From the human T2T-CHM13v2.0 reference genome, Homo sapiens, in the NCBI RefSeq assembly GCF_009914755.1, contig NC_060927.1: a stretch of DNA of 64,000 nt; one strand, written 5' to 3'. Made by a program: the position numbers and the translations under genes. How positions within the stretch are numbered: position 1 is the first letter of the stretch; the number at the start of each line of letters is the position of its first letter. Below the pieces are notes generated by a model that saw only the letters and a program-made list of their open reading frames with translations, had not been told where the DNA came from and searched no databases. Positions 45,600 to 61,230 of the stretch are shown here, one piece after another.

Positions 45600-45780
45600 G
45601 GCTAGTGGTCAGATGATTGGGTTCCAGTCCCATTTTTTCCATTTAATATAATATGACCTCAGATAAGTCTGTCAGCATCTCTATGCTTGAGTTTCCTCAT
45701 CTGTAAAATAATGATAACACCTCCTTCACAACATTAAATGTGATGATAATGCAGATAAAGTGCCTGGAACATGAATGTTC
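45600..45780 (+). mobile_element. MIR SINE
   Basis: Core agtttcctcatctgtaaaataatgataa, atgtgatgataatgcagataaagtgcctgg. Confidence 0.75.
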
Positions 45781-46594
45781 AAATCGATTTTGCTTGGTCA
45801 TGGTAGAAGCGGGGCAAAAGTGGAAGGATGGGAGTGTTATTTGTCTTGGTTCCTTAAAACACATTCTCAGGGTTGTGTGTCTTGAATCATAGGGTAGGAG
45901 CCTACACATTGAGGATGGTTCTGGGCAATGTATTGCTGACTGGTGCGTCTGAGTGTGCGTATGATATTGGGTCATATACTTTGGATTATTTTACCTTCCC
46001 CTAGAGCCTCTGGTTCTCTTCTCCTGGGACCCACCAAAAGAAAAGTAAAAACAACACAAAATGAACTTTGAATTGGAGCCGGGAAAAAGATACAGGGAAA
46101 TAATAGCTTGTTTGTACCTGTATTTGTGGTTGACTGCAATGTTTGGTCTTATGCCTATGTTAATAGCACTACTTAGTGTTTACTTGTTTTGGGGGTTCTT
46201 GTTATTGAGACACCTCCGTACTTTAATTTTGCCTTGCTCCAATCTAATTATCTTTTTTTTTTTCTTTGCCCTTGCTGCTCTAGGAAAAATTTGAAGGATT
46301 AGATTTGTCTTCCCCAAAGAGGGAAGAATTGTAGGAAAGATTTGAAAAAGGTGCAGAATGAGGAGTATTTTGCTCCTCCTGAAATGTATCTGCCCTCTAA
46401 CTTTATTTCTTAAACTGACATGAACTGTCAAACATGAAGTTCCTTTTCTATCTAAACTTTAAACTTTTATAAAGTTTAAATCTTTATAAACATGAATGAT
46501 TTCCACCAGGCACAGTGGCTCATGCCTGTATTCCCAGTACTTTGGGAGGCCAAGGCAGGCGGATCACCTGAGGTCAGGAGTTCAAGACCAGCTA

Positions 46595-46867
<273 letters not shown>

Positions 46868-46892
46868 TCAGGAGATCGAGACCATCTGGCTA

Positions 46893-47201
<309 letters not shown>

Positions 47202-47902
47202 TTATAATTGTGAACAAAATGTGGTCTATATCTGGAAAAGTTATTCTCTTTGACTAGCAGTTTCTTTTCCTGGTAAGCTAACAGTCTCTTCAATTCTGTC
47301 ACCATCCTTTCCAGGAGTCTGTAGATAACCTTGCCTCTTTTTACAAGAAATCTTTCTAATGCCATCAAGCTTGGTTTCCTGGATTCTCTATCTTAATTGT
47401 TGGTACCACCATCCACCAACCCGGAAATAGAGGATTGACCCTCTACCCCTTGTTTACATGAATCCCTCCCTGATCCCCAGACAGAGTCTGTCACTCTTGC
47501 CTCTGTACCACTGTGCTTCTTCTTGGTGTGTGCTTACAGTGTTTGCCAATTAGTTGTAAACTAGGATATAAACTCTTTGAGATAGAGGTCCATATTTTTT
47601 CTTTACCTAACAGCACCTGGCAGAAATGTCTGGTTATGTTATGTTCTCAGTAAGTGTTGCTTTTTAATATGTCTAAGCCCAGGCCAATAAATGCACAGTT
47701 GAAAATTTGACTCCAAACCTCTACTTCTGTGTGCTTCAATTTGTAAACAGAAGACATTCTCTTCAAAGGACTTTTTCATGAAGCCAGCTGACCTCCAAAT
47801 AAAGATGGTATAAACCTGGCCAGGCGCGGTGGCTCACACGTGTAATCCCAGCACTTTGGGAGGCCAGGGCGGGTGGATCATGAGATCAGGAGATCAAGAT
47901 CA

Positions 47903-48212
<310 letters not shown>

Positions 48213-48379
48213 TTAGTCATAAATACAATGTGGTTTAAAAGTTTTGAATTTTATGATACTGTAGTAGAATACACCAAATTTTCTTTTACAAATTTATTAA
48301 CACTGCTACTTCAAGATGGTTGGCTGCACATGCCTTTGCCCTACCTCTGCTTCTTCTGTTTGTTTTGGTATTCAGATGT

Positions 48380-48860
48380 CTGTGGTAGTTTTATTTGCAA
48401 TGGCCAAAAACTGGAAGCAGCTCACTAAACAAACAGTGGCATACCCATAGAACTGCATACTTCTCAGCAGTATGAAAGAATGAGCTACTTATATAAGCAT
48501 CATTGATAAACCTCAAAAAAAAAATGCCACATGAAGAAACCCAAAGGGGAGAAACATAAAAACTTTATATGTCAGTCATATAAAATTCTAGAAAATGCAA
48601 ACTAATCCATCATAAAGGAAAGTAAATCAACAGTTGTCTGGAGGACCAGAGAGAGCAGGAGGAGAGAGATTATTAAAGGGGTTAAAGTAAATTTGGGAGT
48701 GCCCTTCCATTTTTAAATACTATGAAAATGAAAGTAAAGGCACATGCATGTTGTAAACTAATAGTAACAAACAGAATGGGTTGGAGTGGGGTGTTGTCTG
48801 GGGACATCATTACAAAATGTAAGCCAGTTTATCTAAATTTTGAAAAGACCGTGGACTCTG
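48380..48860 (+). mobile_element. Old L1M 3' end fragment
   Basis: tttatttgcaatggccaaaaactggaa, gaatgagctact, aaattctagaaaatgcaaactaatc. Confidence 0.7.
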
Positions 48861-49032
48861 ATCTGACTGATGAATGTTGGAAGAGATAAGTGTGCTGCAA
48901 ATGGGGGAATTAATAAAACAGCTGTATATAGACTAGTCATCCCTGTCCCCACTGGGTCTTTAGACCAAAAAAAAAAAAAAAAAAAAAAAAACCAACTACA
49001 TAAAAACAAAAGAAACCCATTTATTTATTTAA

Positions 49033-49238
<206 letters not shown>

Positions 49239-49590
49239 TGAACTCCAGACTTCAAGTGACCTGCCTGCCTCGGCCTCCCAAAGTGCTGGGATTACGGGGG
49301 CGCCTGGCCAAAACCTTTATTTTTAAGAAATGAGATAAACTGCAGAGAAATAGGACCCTTAGAGTGTGAGATTTGGCTGATCTCATTTATCATCTGGGGG
49401 CCCTTGAGTCTGGAGTAATAGCTGTCTCTCATGGATCACCCTAAAATGACAGGTTCTGTTTATGTACACAGAGCTTAGGATGCATTTTCCTGACCCTTCT
49501 TCCCTTTAAAAATTTGAAGTAATAATTAGCTGGGCGCGGTGACTCACGCCTGTAATCCCAGCACTTTGGGAGGCCGAGGCGGGTGGATCA

Positions 49591-49904
<314 letters not shown>

Positions 49905-49975
49905 TCAGTGGCATTTAGTACATTCACATTGTTATGCAACCATCATCTTCATCTTGTTCCAGAACATTTCCATTA

Positions 49976-50335
<360 letters not shown>

Positions 50336-50386
50336 TCACTTGAACCCGGGAGGTGGAGGTTGTGGTGAGCCCAGATTTTAAAAAAG

Positions 50387-50455
50387 ATAGATAGATAGAT
50401 TGATTTTAAAAAGATAGATAGATAGATTAGATAGATAAAAAGAGAGAGAGAGAGC
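50387..50455. repeat. (AGAT)n / (AG)n compound microsatellite
   Basis: Direct reading. Confidence 0.85.
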
Positions 50456-50544
50456 GCACAAGTGAGCCAAGTCTGGATGCGGTGGCTCACTCCTGTAATC
50501 CCAGCACTTAGGGAGGCCCAGGCGGGCAGATCACTTGAGGTCAG

Positions 50545-50640
50545 TGTTGCGAGAAGTCAGGGACCCTAAATGGAGGGACCGGCTGAAGCCATGGCAGAGG
50601 AACATGGATTGTGAAGATTTCATGGACATTTATTAGTTCC
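50545..50640 (+). mobile_element. 5' 96 bp of a MER11 (HERV-K11/HML-8) LTR embedded in an Alu
   Basis: TGTTG(C)GAGAAGTCAGGGACCC...GGAGGGACCGGCTGAAGCCATGGCAGAGGAAC...GGACATTTATTAGTTCC; Alu resumes at accagcctggcc. Confidence 0.8.
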
Positions 50641-50705
50641 ACCAGCCTGGCCAACATGGTGAAACCCCATCTCTACATCTCTACTAAAAATACAAAAATT
50701 AGTCA

Positions 50706-50924
<219 letters not shown>

Positions 50925-51038
50925 TCAAAAAATATATTTGTGCAGGCTGGGCGCGGTGGCTCACACCTGTAATCCCAGCACTTTGGGAGGCGGAGGCAGG
51001 CGGATCACGAGGTCAGGAGATCAAGACTATCCTGGCTA

Positions 51039-51290
<252 letters not shown>

Positions 51291-51625
51291 TTATTGACAT
51301 TGGAACCACAGTGAAGAAAATGCAATTCTGGTCCTACAAATAGCATCCTAAAGCTACAAAAGTAACTGATGGAGGAACTAAAAATAGTGCTTTATATATC
51401 AAAAAGTTGGGACTTGAAAGTGGGAGATAGGGAGCAATTTAAGTAAGTTACATGTCATAGAGAGTTAGGGTTATACTCAGTGATGTTGGTGACAACCAGA
51501 AGAACCTTAGACAAATGACTGGAAAAGATTTCTCCTGGATAGGAAGACCTGGTGGTGGTAGTGGTAAAAAGGAATGAGGTCGCAGTGTTGTTCCTTTCCA
51601 TCAAAGAGCCTTTTATGTTTTATGA

Positions 51626-51874
<249 letters not shown>

Positions 51875-52662
51875 TGATCCACCCTGCCTCGGCCTCCCAA
51901 AGTGCTGAGATTACAGGCGTGAGCCACCGCCCGATTTTTCTTTTCTTTTTTTTTTGTTTGAGATGAAGTCTCATTCTGTCACCCAGGCTAGAATGCAGTG
52001 GCATGATCTTGGCACACTGCACCCTCCGCCCCCCGAGTTCAGGTGACTCTTCTGCCTCAGCCTCCCGAGTAGCTGGGATTACAGGCACACGCAACCATAC
52101 CTGGCTAATTTTTTTTTTTTTTTTTGAGGCGGAGTCTTACTCTGTCACCAAAGCTGGAGTGCAGTTAAGTTATCTTAGCTCACTGCAACCTCTGCCTCCT
52201 GAGTTCAAGCAATTCTCCTGCTTCAGCCTCCTAAATAGCTGGGATTAGAGGTGCCTGCCACCACGCCCAGGTAATTTTTGTATTTTTAATAGAAACAGGG
52301 TTTCACCATGTTGGCCAGGCTGGTCTTGAATTCCTGACCTCAGGAGATCTGCCCGCTTCAGCCTCCTGAAGTGTTGGGATTACTGGCATGAGCCACTACG
52401 TCCAGCCAAGCCTCAACTGATTTTCTTTGTTCATTGGCCATTAGGATAGGTTTAATAATTATTTCCCAGTAAACAAGTACTTCCTGAATTTCTGATGTCA
52501 TTTTAGCTTTCAGGTAGATGTTGGGAGAGATGGAAAAAGATAGTTTGATCTCTTATTTTCCTTTTCACTTTTTTTTTTTTGGAGACGGAGTCTCCGTTGC
52601 CCAGGCTGGAGTGCAACCTCCGCCTCCCCGGTTTAAGTGATTCTCCTGCCTCAGTCTCCTGA

Positions 52663-53008
<346 letters not shown>

Positions 53009-55192
53009 TAATTTTTGTATTTATGGGGTTTCACCATGTTGGCCAAGCTGGTCTTGAATTCCTGACCTCAGGAGATCCACCTGCCTCGGCCTCCCAAAGT
53101 GCTGGGATTACAGGCATGAGCCACTGCGCCTCGCCAACCTCTTCTTTTTCAAATAACTTAAAGATCTCTCTGCCTTTAATATCTGCCCCCTCCTTTACTT
53201 CTACTTTTTGTTTTTCTGATACATCCACTAAAAGTACCACTTTATTTTGCTCTGTTGAAAAATTTAAAGTGGATTCTTCAGGCTCCAGCCTGATTTCCTT
53301 ATTGTTCCTCTCCCTAACTCATATACTTGATTTTAACCTCCTCCAACCTATTGTCAGCATCTCCGCCCTTCTTGCAACCCTCGAGAGACTGCTAAGCCCT
53401 CCAACTTTTTTTAACCCGTCTCAGAGAAGCTGTGTCTGACCTCTCCTGTATCCCTGTGCATTCCTGAGGGCTTGGAAGACCTTGGGCACCTTCATACGCT
53501 CTTGTGGTGGATGTGGGTGTGGTGACAAGGCTGGACCACCGGAGACAGACAGAGAATGGTCTTGGCGTATGGGACCTAATGCTAGCACAGGTATTGTTCC
53601 AGGTTCTTGGGTTTGGCAGAGAAGGAATCCGTCAAAAAATTTCTGCCCTCAATGGGCTTTCATTCTCTTCCTGTTTATATAGTTTTATATAAACAGAAAG
53701 GTTATAAAAATAGGGTTATATGTTTCTAGCAAAAAGGGGTAGCTAAGGAAAGCAGTCGATGAGGTAGTAGCTCTGTCATTGAAACATGCTGTTGGAATCT
53801 GGCTTTTTCATTAAGATGTGCTGGCCTCTGAAGTACCCTCCTTTTGGAGAAGATGGTACTACCATCTTATTGGTAGTACTTGGATGGTACTACCTAGCTG
53901 GTTATTTGGCATTCCCTGTCTTTGCCTCCTTACAGTAGCAGTAGCTGAGACATAGCATTGTTTCAAATAACTTTTGGACAGGATGGGCTGTGGCTGCAGG
54001 AATGGACACAGCTTTTAGTCCTACTCTGTGCAGTTCATTTGATGTCAGCTCCCATCTGCATTTCTTTTGGTTGGGTTTGCTGGACATGATCTGCCTATGT
54101 GGCATTCCCCTGGAAGTCTGTTAAGAGTTCTAGGAGGGGCAGTAACCAGCTCTTTGTACTGAGTCCTTCTCAAAAAGTTTCCATTAAATGCACCCTAAAA
54201 GATATGCTGGCTGGGATTTACTTCACAATAATCTGAAGGGAGGAGGGGAGGGCTGGAATGGAGACATAGTGGGTCTGGCCACCAGCTGGTTAATGGGTTT
54301 CATTATACTCTTCACTTTGGTAGATGTTTGAAATTTTTCATAATTAAAAAAAAATACCCTTATGGTCAAGGAATGATTACGTTAGTATTTTTACATTATT
54401 ATATTTTGTATAAATAACCTTATATTGAGTGAGGTCTTTGGTTTTTTTGGTATTGATTTTAATGATTGGAGTCCATAGCAATTAGAACTGAATCAAGGTT
54501 AGGCTGGTGAGAAGTCTTCAAATGTGTGTTTATTAATCAGACTTAAAAACATATATAACATTTGGGTACCTCAGTTACAAGTCAACCCTCCTTCCATGTC
54601 CCTGTAAAGAAAAGTGGAATGGGCAAAGTTATGATCAGGTGCCAGAGAGTGGGCCTTTTAGAGGCTGAGAATATTTAGGTGTGAAGTATGGGAGAAATGA
54701 AATCCTACCACTTAAATTAGATTCAGGGGTGAGCCTGGTTTAGGGTCAGAAGCCCTATGAGACCCCACTACCACCACCACTACTGATGCTAATTTTGCCC
54801 CATCGTAGGCTGGTGTTTACTTACTCCTTTGTCTCTGTGCTTTAACCTTCTTTCTTCCTCTTGTCCCTTTAGTACTTTCTTGCCTCCCTCCACATCATCC
54901 CTTGTCCCCCGGACCCAAATCCATCTGTCTTGATCTCTTTAGGCTGATTTTCCTATATCATGTCCCATTCTAGCCATTCTAGCCCAGGCCCAGAAGCTGG
55001 CCCACAGTTCACTACCTTTCTTCATTTCTGCTTTTTAGTGAGTGACCACTAGTGTTTGTTAACAAAAGTGATTGGACCACGAAGTGGCAGGCTGAGGCAT
55101 GAAGACCCATTCATGTAGCCTTAAAAGATTTCAGGCAGTTGGCAAGTAAGAATTCTAAATAAAAATTGAAACTACCACCTGTATTTTTTCAG

Positions 55193-55238
55193 GCCGTTGA
55201 TGCTCACTGCCATCAGCTGCATCCTCCCTATGGCACTG
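55193..55238 (+). other. ARIH2: Candidate 46-nt cassette exon in ARIH2 intron 3 (upstream alternative acceptor before 55039)
   Basis: Acceptor gtattttttcAG|G, consensus donor CTG|GTAAGT; lies in repeat-poor sequence. Confidence 0.6.
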
Positions 55239-56446
55239 GTAAGTGTGGGAAGGGCTGGTGACAGTTTTGGTGGGCTGCTGGATTTCTTTTTTCTGGGGGA
55301 AAAGTCTATTTGCAAGCTATGTTGTTAACTTGTCCTTGAGGGCTGGAGAGCTTCAACCAGCTAGAGGAGACTAAAAAGATAAAGAAGCCACTGATCACGT
55401 TCATGGATATCCTTGGGGAACTGTTGTCAGGAGCAGGGGCTATTTTAGCATGTGCCTTGATCCGTATATAAAATTAGTATGTTCTGTGCACTATTTTGAG
55501 TAATAAACATGTACTATCCAAGTGCTCTGGGGTGTCAAATAATAACTGTTAAATTTCCTGGAACTCGCAAAACCTTTTTTTTGAAGATAGATGTTGGTTG
55601 TGTGCTAGAAAGGGTCCTAAATGTCATATGTGCTTACCATTTCCTTCAGTAGCAGGAATTGATCTCTCTCTGGTATTTTAAGTTCTTTGTGGTCAGGGGA
55701 CTCAAATGTTTGTTCCAATGACTAATTTAAACTTCTGATAGAAGACTTGCTTGAATGCGGTGGAGGGGAAGGGACTTGGTAGAAATCAGAAAATAAGTTT
55801 GTGGCTGTTATTAACAAACTTCAGGTGGACTTGCAATTTGTGATCTGAAAAATGATATCACAATCTGCTTACACTGAATAAAGCTGAAACAGAAGTAGGG
55901 CAGCAAGTCACAGAATTGCTAGTCTAAACCCACAAGCAAATTGCTATTGGAATTGCCTTACTTAAGATCCTGAACCCTGCAGCCGTCTCCTTGTAGCAAG
56001 CGGGTCAGAGGACACAGAGATTCAAAGTTTTATCTTATAAGGTAGTCTCCATTCTAAGCTGACAGTTTGATTTCAGTTCTCTAGTCTCTAACACCCTTAG
56101 ACTGTGGAAGAAAGTGCCTCCAGAACAAAATGCTGAGATTGTAGATTTGCATGCTGCTAACCACGTCAGTAACAGCGACTAAAGCATTCATATTCACTTC
56201 ATTACATCTCTGTGAGAAAATCTTAGCATTATTGGCCCACAGCCTGAATTTCCCCCTGGTCTTCATCCTCCATTCCTCAGTCCTGCTTGTGAAGCAGGCA
56301 TAGAACTGTGTGACACATTTACTATGTTATTCATTTAAAAAACAGAAAGGAGAACTTGACTCCCAAGCAGCCATCTACTCTAGGTTTCTAGGCCAGTGTA
56401 ACCAAGTGGTAACTACTGAACATGTTTTGAGGGCCTGTGTCAGATA

Positions 56447-56573
56447 GTATTTTCCAAAGGTCATGAGCAAACACCTTCTGTCATCCACTATAGTCTGTGC
56501 ATTTTAGAGTTTCAGTCAAAAACAGACTATAGAGGATGACAGAAGGTGTTTGCTCATGACCTTTGGAAAATAC
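56447..56573. repeat. Near-perfect inverted repeat (52-bp arms, 1 mismatch, 23-nt loop)
   Basis: 56447-56498 is the reverse complement of 56522-56573 except for A56487/A56533. Confidence 0.97.
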
Positions 56574-57276
56574 AAATGACCATAAACAAAGTCCTTTTTG
56601 ACATGCATGTAGCACATGCTTCCTGAAATAAAGATCTGGAAACCATCTGAGAGTATTGACATTGTAAATGCAATGGCAAAACAAAGCCATATTGGATTGA
56701 GGGCTACGGGTAATGCAGAGCAATGTGTAGGGTAAATGAGAACAGAGGAGAGAGAGCTCATTTCAAGCTGGAAAGAAAGCTCCCCAGTAGCGTCTAACCC
56801 ATTGTGGTGCAGGTTTGGAGGACTCAGGGAAAGTGGGAGCATGGGCTGCGCTTGGTCTCTGCTCAGACCCCATCTTTGACTCTGTGAAAGCCTTCTCTGG
56901 ACTACCCAGAAACTTGAGGGTACCCTTCACTCTTCACAATAAACTTTATGCTTGCCCCCACTTTTCTACCTTGCTCATACACTTTCCTTCCCTAGCTCCC
57001 GGTAAAATGAGAGAGTTCTTATCTTTGGGGCTTATGTTCATACTAAGGGGCAGGCACAAATGTGATTGCCCAAAGACAGTCCAGGGAGTGAGAAGGCAGG
57101 CCTAAAAGCTGTGCCTGTGGAAAAGTGATGTTTAAGGAGCTGGCTGAATGGGAGCAGAACATCCGGTGAAATACTCAGAAGCCTTGGTCAGGGAGATCAA
57201 GAAAGCCAGAGAAGGCCAGGCACAGTGGCTCACGCCTGTAATCCCAGCTCTTTGGGAGGCCGAGGCGGGGGGATCA

Positions 57277-57543
<267 letters not shown>

Positions 57544-58343
57544 TTATCAGCATTATAGGCCTATATGGAAATGACTTTATACTAGCACTATTATACTGTA
57601 CTCTATAGTGTATACAGTCAGTTAACCTTAGTGAAAACTGTGTTAAAACTGTAAAGTGGAATTTGTTATTTTGAGGATTATAAATAAAAAGTCAAAGTAT
57701 ACTGTTTGATGCAGTAATATAAGGGTCAACCCTTTGTATATTGTGACGTATGATTATGTGAGTGATTGCCGTTGAATTAAATTTGACAAACTTTCCGCCC
57801 TTTTATTATGAAAAATTTAAAAGAAAGAGCTTTAAATAATTGTACAGTGGACATTCATATACTATACCATCTAGATTATATAATTGCTAATCTGTTGCTG
57901 CATTTGCTTCATCATTTATCTGTCCATCAGTCAACTCATTTTTGAAGCAGCTCTATTAAAGTTTTACATGCCATTAAACTCATCCATTTTATCTTTTTAT
58001 TTTATTTTTATTTTTATTTTGTTTATTTATTTTTTTGAGACAGTCTTGCTCTGTCACCCAGGCTAGAGTGCAGTGGTGTGATCTCGGCTAACTGCAAGCT
58101 CCGCCTCCCAGGTTCACGCCATTCTCCTGCCTCAGCCTCCTGAGTAGCTGGGACTACAGGCGCCCACCACCACGCCTGGCTAATTTTTTTATATTTTTAG
58201 TAGAGATGGAGTTTCACCATGTTAGCCAGGATGGTCTCGATCTCCTGACCTTGTGATCCGCCCGCCTCGGCCTCCTAAAGTGCTGGGATTACCGGCGTGA
58301 GCCACTGCGCCCGGCCTCCTTTTTATTTTATTTTATTTTTTGA

Positions 58344-58502
<159 letters not shown>

Positions 58503-59121
58503 TAGTGCTAATTTTATATTTTTAGTAGAGATGGAGTTTCTCCATGTTGGTCAGGCTGGTCTGGAACTCCCAACCTCAGGTGATCCGCCCACCTCGGCCT
58601 CCCAGGAGTGCTGGGATTACAGATGTGAGCCACCGCGCCCGGCCGAACTCATCCATTTTAAAGTGTACCATTATTTGAGTTTTATTAAATGTATACAACT
58701 ATGTAGTCATTACCATAGTCCCAGTTTTAGAACATTTCATCACCTAAAAAATTCCCGTGTTCATTTATAGTTGATCCCTGTTCCCAAGTGACTACTGATC
58801 TTCTGTCTCAGTAGTTTTGCCTTTTCTAGAAATTTCATACAATTTGAATTATACAATATGTAATCTTTTGTTACCTGGTTCTTTCTCTTAGCATAATGGT
58901 TGAGGTTCATCCATATTGTATCATGCATCAGTAGTGTGTTCTCTTTTATTGCTGAATAATGATTTTCCATTGTATGGATATGCCACATTTTGTTTACCCA
59001 TTCATTTGTAAGTTGAGGGACTTTGGGTTGTTTCTAATTTTGGGCTACTACGCAGTATGCTGCTGTGACCATTCATGGCCAGGGCTTAATATAGCCATGT
59101 GTTTTCATTTCTCTTGTATAG

Positions 59122-59318
<197 letters not shown>

Positions 59319-59880
59319 TGACGCCCGGCTAGTTTTTTGTGTTTTTAGTAGAGTCGGGGGTTTCACCGTGTTAGCCAGGATGGTCTCTATCTCCTGACCT
59401 CGTGATCCGCCTGCCTTGGCCTGGGATTACAGGTGTGAGCCATCGTGCCCAGCCGTGTTTAACATTTTAAGAAATAAACTGTTTTCCAAAGTGGCTCTAC
59501 TACTTTACATTCCCACTAGCATTATGTAAGGGTTCCAGTTTCTCTGCTTCCTTGTTAGCACTTGGTATTTTAGGTCTTCTGGATTATAATCATTCTAGTG
59601 AGTGTGTAATACCTTGTGGTTTTAATTTGCATTCCCTAATGACTAGTGTCATTAACCACTAATGTAATTAATGATCTTTCCTTGTGCTTATTTGCTATTC
59701 ATACATTTATTTTTTGTGGTGAAATGTCTGTTCAAATACTTTGTCTGTTTTTAAAAATTGCATTTTGTGCCTTACTGAGTTCTAAGAGAGAATTCTTTAC
59801 ATAGTTTGAATTATTTTATCAGATGTATGATTTGCAGATATTTTCTCCCATCCTGTTACCTGTATCTTTTTTTTTTAATC

Positions 59881-60452
59881 TTTTTTTTACTCCATCTAGT
59901 TCTGCTTCCTACTTTTCCATTTTCTAAATGGTGTCTTTTGAAGAGTAAAAGCTTAATTTTGATGAAGTCCAGTTTATCTTTATTTTCTTTTTTTAAAAAA
60001 TTTTTCTTTTAAGGATTGTGCTTTTAGTGTCATATCTAGAAATCTTTGCCTAAACTAAGGCACAATTTTCTTCTGTGCTTTCTTTTAGCAATTTTATAGT
60101 TTTAGGTTTTACATTTAGATATGTGAACTCTTTTGAGTTAATTTTTGTGTGGTATGAAGTAATGGTCTGTGTTCTGTGTTTTGTTTGTTATGTATAAACA
60201 ATTATTCAGTTGTTCCAGAACCCTTTGTTGAAAAGACTTTTTTTCTCCATTGAATTACATTGGCACCTTTGTTGAAAATTTACCATACATGTATGAGTTT
60301 CCTTTTAGACTCTGTTTTGTTCTATTGATCTATAGGTCTGTCTATTCCATTTTCTTTTTTTCCTTTTTTTACTCCATCTAGTTCTGCTTCCTACTTTTCC
60401 ATTTTCTAAATGATGTCTGTTGAGTAAAAGCTTAATTTTGATGAAGTCCAGT
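59881..60452. repeat. About 90-bp direct duplication within the L1 (59881-59973 and 60364-60452)
   Basis: tttttttactccatctagttctgcttcctacttttccattttctaaatg...gagtaaaagcttaattttgatgaagtccagt present twice. Confidence 0.92.
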
Positions 60453-60676
60453 ATCTCCACTGTCTTGATTACCGTATGTAGCTTTATAGTAAGTCTTGAA
60501 GTCAGATGGTGTAAGTCTTTCAACTTTGCTCTTTTCTTTCAAGATTGCTTTGGATATTCTGGATCCTTTACATTTCTACAGATTTTGCAATCAACTATTA
60601 ATTTTATTAAAAAGCTTGTGATTTTGATTGGGATTTTCATTTTGATTGGTTTTGATTGTTGTGTTCAAAATCTGTA

Positions 60677-60935
60677 GCTGTGCTGCCCGGTATGGTAGCT
60701 ATGTGTGGCCATTGCTCATTTGAAATACAGTCAGTTTGAATTGAGATGTGCCGTAAGTCTAAAATACAGACTGGACTTAGAATGAAACAAAGGATAAAAA
60801 TAGATTATCAGTGCTTTTTTATGTGTTACATGTTGAAATAATACAATTTCAGATATATTAGGTTAAATAAAATAAATTATTAAAATTCACCCACTTAATT
60901 TTTCAATTTGCTGCTATATAGAAATACTTTTATGG
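60677..60935 (+). mobile_element. MER33-like hAT-Charlie DNA transposon
   Basis: ctgtgctgcccggtatggtagct, gaattgagatgtgccgtaagt, ttacatgttgaaataata, ggttaaataaaata. Confidence 0.7.
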
Positions 60936-61032
60936 CTCTTTCTTTGAATTCTAACATTTGGTTTTTGTATATATTGACTTTGTATTTTCTTTCTTCTTCT
61001 TTTTTTTTTTTTTTTTAATTTTTATTTTGTGA

Positions 61033-61230
<198 letters not shown>

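Noticed and set aside
56499-56521. Hairpin loop contains ttttagag, reminiscent of a Cas9 repeat; CRISPR-like or engineered structure considered
   Set aside because: Short chance match; no repeat-spacer array, cas genes or vector sequence anywhere in the window
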